Shown here piece after piece: positions 56,556-64,000 of a stretch of DNA of 64,000 bases. This DNA comes from Clostridia bacterium. Lineage in GTDB: Bacteria; Bacillota; Clostridia; TANB77; CAG-508. The translations under genes and the position numbers were made by a program. Position 1 is the stretch's first letter. Every line of letters begins with the position of its first letter. The notes under the pieces are model-generated. The model searched no databases. It saw only the letters and a program-made list of their open reading frames with translations, and was not told where the DNA came from. The stretch covers positions 29,595-93,594 of the forward strand of contig JAFQSS010000011.1 in assembly GCA_017409455.1 (NCBI GenBank). Reading direction: 5' to 3'.

Positions 56556-56633
56556 CTATATCTTGGTACAAAAATTGACATATTTTACATAATATGATAA
56601 AATGTTACTATCATCTAAAAGGAGGAATTTCCT

Positions 56634-56936
56634 ATGTATAAACATCTGTGTCTCCCGTTTGTCAATGGCCAATCTGATATTGAGAAATTACCAAAATTTC
56701 TTGCGCATATTGGGTTTCGGCCACTGAGCACCGCAACTCCTGACAATTTTCCCGCAGGCGCTCTCGTTGTTTTGTACAATAGCCAAACTTTCACTTTTGA
56801 TACTGTTCTTGTTAACGGTTTGAGCAATGGTATCTTATTTTACTCCCATCAATGTGGCCGTAGCTCCGAGAGTTGGTGCAATACATTTTCTAGAGACAAT
56901 GGCTATGATAATTATCTTTTTAAGGTAATCTCGTAA
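56634..56936 (+). CDS. Hypothetical 100-aa protein (higher-GC cassette F)
   Basis: TTGACA-17-TAAAAT 56575-56603; AGGAGG 8 nt before the ATG. Confidence 0.6.
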   Translation: MYKHLCLPFVNGQSDIEKLPKFLAHIGFRPLSTATPDNFPAGALVVLYNSQTFTFDTVLVNGLSNGILFYSHQCGRSSESWCNTFSRDNGYDNYLFKVIS

Positions 56937-56946
56937 ACAGTAAAAA

Positions 56947-56985
56947 GGGCATCACACTAGTTTATAGTGTTGATGCTCTTTTTTT
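56947..56985. terminator. Terminator of cassette F; also placed to terminate fba (bidirectional)
   Basis: gggcatcacacta-gttta-tagtgttgatgctc-ttttttt, with an A-tract on the other side. Confidence 0.75.
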
Positions 56986-56989
56986 ATTT

Positions 56990-57922
56990 CTATGCTTTAT
57001 TTGATGAACCAAATACATTTTTTATTTTATGTGCAACTGTTTCTTTTACTAAATCTCTAGCTGGTGTTAAATATTTTCTTGGGTCAAAAGCACTTGGATC
57101 TTCTGCAAATACTTTTCTAATTCCTGCTGTCATAGCAAGTCTTAAATCTGTATCTACATTTATTTTAGAAACTCCTGATATACTTGCTTCGTGTAATATT
57201 TCATCCGGAACGCCTTTTGCTCCTGGAATATTTCCTCCAAATTGATTGCATGTATCAACTAATTCTGGTATTACTGTTGATGCACCATGTAATACAATTG
57301 GTGTGTTTGGAATTCTCTCTTTAATTTCTTTTAAAATATCAAATCTTAATTTAGCTTCCCCTTTAAATTTGTAAGCTCCATGGCTTGTTCCAATAGCTAT
57401 TGCTAATGAATCAACACCTGTTCTTCTAACAAATTCTTCAGCTTGCGCTGGATCTGTATATTTAGCTTCATCTGCTGCCACATTAACATCATCTTCTATT
57501 CCAGCTAATTTTCCCAATTCTGCTTCAACTACTACACCATGAGCATGCGCATAATCTACTACTTCTTTTGTTAATCTGATATTTTCTTCAAAATCATATT
57601 TTGAACCATCAAACATTACTGATGTAAATCCTGCATCCACACATTTTTTACAAGTTTCAAAATCTGGGCCATGGTCTAAATGTATGGCAATTGGAACATT
57701 TGGATGTTCCTCTACTGCTGCTTCTATCATTTTCATTAAATAATTAATTCTTGCATATTTTATTGCACTTGATGATGCTTGTAATATTACAGGAGAATTA
57801 TTTTCTGCAGCTGCATCTACTATTCCTTGGATTAATTCCATATTATTTACATTAAATGCACCTATTGCAAAACCTTCTCTCATTGATTTTTCAAACATTT
57901 CTTTTGTCGTTACTAATGACAT
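56990..57922 (-). CDS. fba: Class II fructose-1,6-bisphosphate aldolase
   Basis: AIGAFNVNN..PVILQ..HLDHG..LHGAS. Confidence 0.95.
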   Translation of the reverse strand: MSLVTTKEMFEKSMREGFAIGAFNVNNMELIQGIVDAAAENNSPVILQASSSAIKYARINYLMKMIEAAVEEHPNVPIAIHLDHGPDFETCKKCVDAGFTSVMFDGSKYDFEENIRLTKEVVDYAHAHGVVVEAELGKLAGIEDDVNVAADEAKYTDPAQAEEFVRRTGVDSLAIAIGTSHGAYKFKGEAKLRFDILKEIKERIPNTPIVLHGASTVIPELVDTCNQFGGNIPGAKGVPDEILHEASISGVSKINVDTDLRLAMTAGIRKVFAEDPSAFDPRKYLTPARDLVKETVAHKIKNVFGSSNKA

Positions 57923-58008
57923 ATTAAATCACTCCTTCTTTTTATTGACTTCATTTTATTGCTTAATCATAGTTTTGTCAATGGGCAATTGTGATATTTA
58001 ATATATTT

Positions 58009-58176
58009 TTATTTACTGTCATATTCATAACTTCCACACATCGATTCATCAGTTTCCCTTGTTTTTACATCTGTTGTTGGCATTACATTTATTGCTTGTA
58101 AAGTACATCTTCTATTTTCTCTATCTTGATAAACACAGCTTTCAACTGTACAATTTATTTTTTGATTTTCTTCCAT
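58009..58176 (-). CDS. DUF1540-like small Cys-rich protein (not in the ORF track)
   Basis: SD ggagga; MEENQKINCTVESCVYQDRENRRCTLQAINV.. Confidence 0.55.
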   Translation of the reverse strand: MEENQKINCTVESCVYQDRENRRCTLQAINVMPTTDVKTRETDESMCGSYEYDSK

Positions 58177-58272
58177 AATTTTGTCCTCCTATTTTATTGT
58201 TACCTTTATTTTCACTTTTATTCTACAGTATATTTTAAAACTTTTTCCACATACTATATTTGTGGAGGTTTT

Positions 58273-58554
58273 ATGAAAGCAAAAGTTATATTATTTAGTG
58301 GTAAATCTGATGAAATTAACAATTTTTTAAATAAATTTTATTCAACAAAATCTGACCACGGTGATTCTACATCATGGCAAAAGGAATTTCCAAATCCTGT
58401 TGAAATCACAGAATTTATTGCTGCATTTGCAGATAATAGCAATTCTTTTGATTTGACAATGTGGGTTTCTCTCGATAAAGATGTTTTTATTAAAATTTCT
58501 CCATCTAATTCTGAGCATATAATTAAATATTTATTTGAACGATATCCATATTAA
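58273..58554 (+). CDS. Hypothetical 93-aa protein
   Basis: SD ggagg + ATG at 58273 (MKAKVILFSG..); the upstream part of the listed ORF is low-complexity. Confidence 0.5.
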   Translation: MKAKVILFSGKSDEINNFLNKFYSTKSDHGDSTSWQKEFPNPVEITEFIAAFADNSNSFDLTMWVSLDKDVFIKISPSNSEHIIKYLFERYPY

Positions 58555-60179
58555 GCAACATTTTTTCTTAAATCATTAGCATATTGTAGTGTTACCTCAT
58601 TAACTTCTCCTGAAGAAATACGTGCAATTTCTTGTAATACTTCCTGTTCATCTAATAATTTTACATTTGTACAAGTTCTTCCATTTTCTACTTTTTTGCT
58701 TATATAATAATTACTATTTGCTGATGCTGCAATAGCTGCTAAATGTGATATACATAGAATTTGATGATTTTTAGAAATGCTTTTTAATTTGCTCGCAACC
58801 GATTTGGCCGCTTTTCCACTTATTCCTGTATCTATTTCGTCAAATATCATTATTGGCATTTCATCAACTTCAGCTAATACCTTTTTTATTGCTAACATTA
58901 TTCTTGACATTTCTCCACCTGATGCTATTTTTGTTAATTGATTTTCATTTTCGCCTATATTAGTTTTTATAAATATTTCAACTTGGTCTTTTCCATCTTC
59001 ATAAAATTCATTTGCTCTATAATCTACTTTTACATTTATTTTTGCATTTTTCATTTCTAGGTCTATTAATTCTTGATTTATTTTTTCATTTAAATTTTGT
59101 GCATATTTTTTTCTTATTTCACTTATTTTATGTGCTATTTCAGTCATCTGTTGTTGTATTTGCTGTTGCTCTTTCTTCAATTTATTATTATATTCATCTA
59201 CATTTTCTATTTTCTTTATTTCTTCATCTACTTCATCTGCATATTTTAATATTTCTTCTATATTGTTTCCATATTTTCTTTTTAAATTATATATTGTGTC
59301 TAATCTTTCTTCTATTTCTTCTCGCTCTTGTTCATCAAATTCCACATCTTCTAAGTAACTGCTGATATCTCTTGATATTTCTTGTATTTGATAATAACTA
59401 TCTTTTAGGCTTACCACTGTCTCTTGATATCTTTTATCTATATCTTCTATTTTTTCTAAAGCTCTTATTGCTGTTCCTATAATATCAATTGTATTTTCTC
59501 CTATTGCCATATCAGCTTCTGATAGATTTTTAGCAATTTTTTCTGAGTTCATAAAAATATTTCTTTTTTCATCAATTTTTTCTTCTTCTCCTGGTTTTAG
59601 TTTAGCTTCTTGAATTTCGTTTAATTGATATCTTAATAAATCTAATTTTCTTTGTTTCTCTTTTTCATCTCCATAGTTTTCTCTTAGCTCTCTTTTGATT
59701 TCATTATATCTTATATATTTTTGTTTATATTCTTTCTTTAATTCAAAGATTTCTTCTCCAATAAAGTTGTCCAAATATTTTATGTGTGTCCTACTGTCTA
59801 GTAATTGTTGATTATCATTTTGTCCGTGAATTTCTATATAATTACTCATAAAACTATTTAATTCTGCAACTGTTACTAATCTCCCATTTATTTTGCACAT
59901 ATTACGACCATTTGCATATATTTCCCTTGTTACTATTATATCTCCATCTACAGAGTTTATATCTTCAGGTGAATACATACTTATTTCTACATATGAATGA
60001 TTTTCTCCTTTTCTTATCATTTCTTTAGAAAATCTGCCTCCACATATTATTCCTAATGAATCTATAATAAGTGTTTTTCCCGCCCCCGTTTCTCCTGTTA
60101 ATACATTCATTCCTTTATTTAGATTTATTTCTAAATCATCTATTATTCCTATGTTTTTTATGTGTAAATTTGTTATCAT
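58551..60179 (-). CDS. recN: DNA repair protein RecN
   Basis: GETGAGKT Walker A, long coiled coil, C-terminal ASGGE and DEIDTG. Confidence 0.95.
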   Translation of the reverse strand: MITNLHIKNIGIIDDLEINLNKGMNVLTGETGAGKTLIIDSLGIICGGRFSKEMIRKGENHSYVEISMYSPEDINSVDGDIIVTREIYANGRNMCKINGRLVTVAELNSFMSNYIEIHGQNDNQQLLDSRTHIKYLDNFIGEEIFELKKEYKQKYIRYNEIKRELRENYGDEKEKQRKLDLLRYQLNEIQEAKLKPGEEEKIDEKRNIFMNSEKIAKNLSEADMAIGENTIDIIGTAIRALEKIEDIDKRYQETVVSLKDSYYQIQEISRDISSYLEDVEFDEQEREEIEERLDTIYNLKRKYGNNIEEILKYADEVDEEIKKIENVDEYNNKLKKEQQQIQQQMTEIAHKISEIRKKYAQNLNEKINQELIDLEMKNAKINVKVDYRANEFYEDGKDQVEIFIKTNIGENENQLTKIASGGEMSRIMLAIKKVLAEVDEMPIMIFDEIDTGISGKAAKSVASKLKSISKNHQILCISHLAAIAASANSNYYISKKVENGRTCTNVKLLDEQEVLQEIARISSGEVNEVTLQYANDLRKNVA

Positions 60180-60265
60180 GATTTACCTCCTTAGCGAACA
60201 TCTGTGCTCATTATATCAAGTTTTATTTTTTTGTCAATAGTTTTTCGAACTTTTTTTCGTTTTTA

Positions 60266-61321
60266 TTATCCAACTTCTTTTCTTATTTTTTCAATTTCTT
60301 CTTTATTGGCTCCTGTCGCTTGTTTTATAAAGTCATCCTCTAAGTTCATTTTTATCATTCTTTCTATTGTTTGTTTTATTGCTTGTGCTAATCCCTCTGC
60401 TAATCCCTCTGCTCTCCCTTCGCTTCTCGCAATTCTTTTATTTCTTCTAAATTCTGCACCTATTCTTTCTTGTATTGTACTCATTTCTTCTTCACACTCA
60501 CTTTCTTCAAATATTTTAATAATTTCTTTTTTAATTTCTTCTTCAATTTCTTCATATAGATATAAAATAATTCTTTTCAATTTTTCGATATCTTTACTTT
60601 TACTATTTTTTATTATTATTTTTAAATTCTCGAGAACTTCTTCATTATTTTTACATTTTTCTAATATAATAACATTTCCAAGTAAAGCTTTACATTGTAA
60701 TAATGCTTCTATTTCATACTTGTTTACATCAATTAGTTTATAACTTAAGTCTATTATTTCATCTTCATATCCTTCTTTATGGATTTGGCTCATTGCAAAT
60801 GAATTACTAGCTTTCCATTTTATCTCTCCTGTATATAAAACTATAGGAACTACTTTGGGATATCGATACGTTGAATTATTTATTTGTTGTTCTTCTACTA
60901 CTCTTCTTATTATTTCAACACAATAATTTAAAATTCTATATGGCATTGAATAATCTACTTTTGTTTGATGTTCTACTAGAAAATATATTTCTTGTCCTTT
61001 TATTTTATATACAATGTCTGCTTGTTTATATTTAAAGTCTTTTGTTATGTAGTTTTCAGTATAATTTTCTAATTCATCTACATTGACTTTATGTTTCGTA
61101 AAATTGTTTATAAACTGAGCCATTTCTTTTGGATTTTGTAAAATTTCTTTGAAGATTTTATCATGCTTTTTATCTCCTGTTTTTTTCTTACTTTCTTCTG
61201 TTGTGTATGCTACACTTTCTTCTTTAGCGCATAAAGTATCTTTTGAGTCATAACAATATAAACTATCGCAATAGTTTAAGTAATCCTCATATGTAAATTC
61301 ATATTTTTCGATAAGCAACAC
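60266..61321 (-). CDS. Rpn/YhgA-like recombination-promoting nuclease (PDDEXK, transposase_31-like)
   Basis: HDKIFKEIL..ADIVYK..YFLVEHQ..MPYRILNY..PIVLYTG pattern; start codon uncertain (TTG/GTG). Confidence 0.75.
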   Translation of the reverse strand: MLLIEKYEFTYEDYLNYCDSLYCYDSKDTLCAKEESVAYTTEESKKKTGDKKHDKIFKEILQNPKEMAQFINNFTKHKVNVDELENYTENYITKDFKYKQADIVYKIKGQEIYFLVEHQTKVDYSMPYRILNYCVEIIRRVVEEQQINNSTYRYPKVVPIVLYTGEIKWKASNSFAMSQIHKEGYEDEIIDLSYKLIDVNKYEIEALLQCKALLGNVIILEKCKNNEEVLENLKIIIKNSKSKDIEKLKRIILYLYEEIEEEIKKEIIKIFEESECEEEMSTIQERIGAEFRRNKRIARSEGRAEGLAEGLAQAIKQTIERMIKMNLEDDFIKQATGANKEEIEKIRKEVG

Positions 61322-61562
61322 TCCTTTTCTTTGATTTTTTCTTAATTAATAGACTTAAATTCGAATTAATTATTTGATATCTTAAAAATTTTAGAAATTG
61401 AATTTTTTACTAAAGCAAGAAAAGCTTTAGATTTAAATTATGTAATTATAATAGCATATCCGTTTTTCTTTTTCAAGTAGTTTAGTTAAATTTGACAATT
61501 ATGTTGATTTTATGTATAATATATATGCTTAATTTTTGAAAAAACAACAGGAGGTTTTCATT

Positions 61563-61862
61563 ATGAAAGAAGAAATTACCCAAGTAAAATTCAGCAAGGA
61601 ATATGATGGAAAAGAGGTTTCAGTCGTCTGCACCCGCGATCAGCTGTATTCTTGGATCTGGAAATGCAATTTCAACAAAATATCTTTGTTGAACATCGCA
61701 CACATTGTGTTCGAATTGTTTAATTCTTCAATTTTAGGCGACGCCAAGCTTTTACAGCTGCATGTCAACGACAACTATCGTTTCTCCGTGGAAAAGTCTA
61801 CAGAAAACAACACTTTTACACATTATTTGGAAGAAATTGCTTCTAAATGGTACGTTGGGTAA
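61563..61862 (+). CDS. Hypothetical 99-aa protein (higher-GC cassette G)
   Basis: TTGACA-17-TATAAT 61492-61520; SD aggagg; terminator aaggatgatata..tatatcatcctt 61867-61906. Confidence 0.6.
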   Translation: MKEEITQVKFSKEYDGKEVSVVCTRDQLYSWIWKCNFNKISLLNIAHIVFELFNSSILGDAKLLQLHVNDNYRFSVEKSTENNTFTHYLEEIASKWYVG

Positions 61863-61913
61863 TGCCAAAAGGATGATATAAGTAAAATTTTACTATATCA
61901 TCCTTTCAATTTT

Positions 61914-61959
61914 AAAGGACTGTCCCGAGTTTCGCGAAGAAAAGGACCGTCCCCAAATT
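61914..61959. repeat. Second copy of the 46-bp dyad-symmetric GC-rich element
   Basis: aaaggactgtcccgagtttcgcgaagaaaaggaccgtccccaaatt; abuts the uvrA stop codon. Confidence 0.8.
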
Positions 61960-64000
61960 TACAAATATTTCTTCAAAAATTCCCCTGTATGACTTCTTTC
62001 ATTTTTACAAATCTGTTCAGGAGTACCAACTGCAACAACTTCACCACCATTGTCTCCACCTTCTGGACCTAAATCTATAATATGGTCAGCAGTTTTAATT
62101 AAATCTAAATTGTGTTCAATTACAATTATTGTATTCCCTGTATCTACAAGTCTTTGTAGGATATCAACTAATCTGTGAACATCTGCTATATGAAGTCCTG
62201 TTGTTGGCTCATCTAAGATATATAATGTTTTTCCTGTTGGTCTTTTTGATAGCTCTGTTGCCAGTTTAACACGTTGTGCTTCTCCACCAGATAATGTTGT
62301 TGATGGTTGACCTAATTTGATATATCCTAATCCAACATCATATAATGTTTGTATTTTTTGTTTTATTTTTGGTATATTTTCGAAGAATTCTAATGCTTCT
62401 TCTACTGTCATATCTAATACATCTGCAATATTTTTACCTTTATATTTTACTTCAAGTGTTTCCCTATTATATCTCTTTCCTTTACATACTTCACAAGGTA
62501 CATATACATCTGGTAAGAAATGCATCTCGATTCTGTGAACTCCATCACCTGAACAGCTTTCACATCTTCCTCCTGATACATTAAAACTAAATCTTCCTTT
62601 TTCATATCCGCGGATTTTAGATTCATTTGTTCCTGCAAATATGTCTCTTATTAAATCAAATGCTCCTGTATATGTTGCTGGGTTTGAACGTGGTGTTCTT
62701 CCTATTGGTGATTGGTCTATATTTATTATTTTGTCTATATTGTCTAATCCTTTGATTTGTTTACATTTTCCTGGTTTTTCACTTGCACCATTTAATTGTT
62801 GGGCTATATTTTTATATAATACTTCATTTATTAATGTACTTTTACCTGAACCAGATACACCTGTAACACATATAAATTCTCCTAATGGAAATTTTACACT
62901 TATATTTTTTAAGTTGTTTTCTGTTGCTTCAACAACTTCTATATTCTTTTTGTTTCCTTTTCTCCTAGTAGTAGGTACATGAATTTTCTTTCTTCCACTT
63001 AAGTAATCTCCTGTTATCGAACCTTGAATATTTTTGATTTCTTCTGCAGTTCCTTGTGCAATTACTTGTCCTCCATGTACACCTGGTCCTGGTCCAATGT
63101 CTATAATTTGGTCTGCTGCATACATTGTATCTTCATCATGTTCTACTACTAAAAGCGTATTTCCTAAATCTCTTAGTTTTTTTAGTGTTGCTATTAGTTT
63201 CTCATTATCTCTTTGATGTAATCCAATACTTGGCTCATCTAAGATGTATAAAACTCCTGTCAGTCCCGAACCTATTTGTGTTGCTAATCTTATACGTTGA
63301 GCTTCTCCTCCTGATAGTGTTCCTGCACTTCTTGATAATGTTAAATATTCTAATCCTACATCTATTAAGAATTGTAATCTAGCATCTATTTCTTTTAGAA
63401 TCATATCTGCTATTATTTTTTGTGACTCTGTAAGTTCTAAACTGTTTAAAAATTCTTGTAATTGCCTTATAGACATATCTGTCATTTCATTTATGTTTTT
63501 TCCACCTACACGTATACATAGAATTTCTTTTTTCAATCTTGCCCCATGACATTCATCACAATGCATATTACTCATATAAATCTCGTAGAAGTCTCTCATC
63601 CCTTGTGATTTTGTTTCACTATGACGTCTCTCTAATGTTGGTAATACTCCTTCAAATGGTTGCTTGAATTTTCTTACTCCATATGGTGATGCAAATTCAA
63701 AATCTATTTCTTCAGTTCCTGTACCATATAATATTTTTTCTAAAAAGTCTCTTGGTAAATCTTTTATTTTTTTGCCTTTAATATCTACACCATAATGTCT
63801 TCCAACACTTTCGAAATACATTTTTGCCATTGTGTCACCTTTTTTCATTGTGCTTGACCCAAAGGCTTTTACTCCATCATATAGTGTTTTTGTTTTGTCT
63901 GGGATTATCAAATCTTCATCCATTTTCATTAAAAATCCTATTCCAGAACATTTTGGACAAGCTCCATATGGATTGTTAAATGAAAACATTCTTGGTGATA
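61959..64000 (-). CDS. uvrA: Excinuclease ABC subunit A (C-terminal ~680 aa; the 5' end lies beyond the window)
   Basis: Zinc-finger CPKCSG / CDECHG / CESCSGDG, two ABC signature [17 protein letters not shown]. Confidence 0.95.
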   Translation of the reverse strand, partial: SPRMFSFNNPYGACPKCSGIGFLMKMDEDLIIPDKTKTLYDGVKAFGSSTMKKGDTMAKMYFESVGRHYGVDIKGKKIKDLPRDFLEKILYGTGTEEIDFEFASPYGVRKFKQPFEGVLPTLERRHSETKSQGMRDFYEIYMSNMHCDECHGARLKKEILCIRVGGKNINEMTDMSIRQLQEFLNSLELTESQKIIADMILKEIDARLQFLIDVGLEYLTLSRSAGTLSGGEAQRIRLATQIGSGLTGVLYILDEPSIGLHQRDNEKLIATLKKLRDLGNTLLVVEHDEDTMYAADQIIDIGPGPGVHGGQVIAQGTAEEIKNIQGSITGDYLSGRKKIHVPTTRRKGNKKNIEVVEATENNLKNISVKFPLGEFICVTGVSGSGKSTLINEVLYKNIAQQLNGASEKPGKCKQIKGLDNIDKIINIDQSPIGRTPRSNPATYTGAFDLIRDIFAGTNESKIRGYEKGRFSFNVSGGRCESCSGDGVHRIEMHFLPDVYVPCEVCKGKRYNRETLEVKYKGKNIADVLDMTVEEALEFFENIPKIKQKIQTLYDVGLGYIKLGQPSTTLSGGEAQRVKLATELSKRPTGKTLYILDEPTTGLHIADVHRLVDILQRLVDTGNTIIVIEHNLDLIKTADHIIDLGPEGGDNGGEVVAVGTPEQICKNERSHTGEFLKKYL

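Noticed and set aside
56520-56985. Cassette hairpins as integron attC sites
   Set aside because: There is no GTTRRRY/RYYYAAC core, no integrase or attI in the window, and each cassette carries its own promoter, unlike integron cassettes. The hairpins are followed by T-runs like ordinary terminators.
58551-58554. 4-nt convergent overlap of recN and the 93-aa ORF stop codons
   Set aside because: This is a trivial overlap of two stop regions (ttaa context) with no evidence of functional coupling.
60204-60743. 179-aa plus-strand low-complexity ORF (and similar long antisense ORFs at 26495..27118, 18099..18515, 9896..10342 and 45151..45570)
   Set aside because: These are Ile/Leu/Phe/Ser-rich translations of the antisense strand of well-supported genes in AT-rich DNA, with no independent signals.
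60266-61321. Rpn/YhgA-like gene as an insertion sequence
   Set aside because: I could not find terminal inverted repeats or target-site duplications around it. This family is usually a stand-alone nuclease rather than a mobile IS.
14822-61959. The idea that the two 46-bp elements mark a 47-kb invertible or mobile segment
   Set aside because: The element is itself dyad-symmetric, so relative orientation carries little information. The interval contains many essential core genes and no recombinase.

Overview
This window looks like chromosome from a very AT-rich, spore-forming Firmicute, judged from spoIVB, spoVT, an alpha/beta SASP, ytfJ/gerW, ylbJ and a DUF1540 gene. Core genes present: mutS2, thrS with a T-box leader, ychF, smpB, tmRNA, rpmE, scpA, fba, recN, uvrA, hpf and tRNA-Gln.

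Two large minus-strand operons dominate the first half:
- 2.8-13.8 kb: a 12-gene Tad/type IVc-like pilus locus. It has a CpaB-like protein, two degenerate ParA/MinD-like proteins, a membrane-anchored CpaF-family ATPase, a 688-aa platform protein and seven pilin-like proteins. Five of the pilin-like proteins share a non-canonical MENAxKAL N-terminus, and no prepilin peptidase is visible.
- 17.1-28.7 kb: a surface-polysaccharide locus with an initiating sugar transferase, four GT2 enzymes (one fused to a pyruvyl transferase), a radical SAM enzyme, Wzy, Wzx, Glf and an LCP protein.

Observations I consider most worth follow-up:
- A perfect 32-bp inverted repeat brackets a DUF2207 gene together with its promoter.
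- Two paralogous, oppositely oriented type I toxin-antitoxin-like modules lie in a decayed island next to tmRNA. Each pairs a small hydrophobic peptide gene with a convergent antisense sRNA and a shared bidirectional terminator.
- Seven higher-GC orphan genes, all on the plus strand, sit between AT-rich core genes as compact units with a strong RBS and a hairpin terminator. Six of the seven also have a consensus promoter. Two of them are a tandem pair with homologous non-coding scaffolds and a compensatory change in the terminator stem.
- A dispersed family of GC-rich palindromes (GGGACCNGGTCCC and GGACNGTCC cores) occurs in intergenic DNA.
- An ABC-F gene has a leader peptide and an SD-sequestering leader.
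- A YhcG-nuclease/P-loop kinase pair sits next to tRNA-Gln.

All calls come from reading the sequence and ORF translations by eye. No database search was run.
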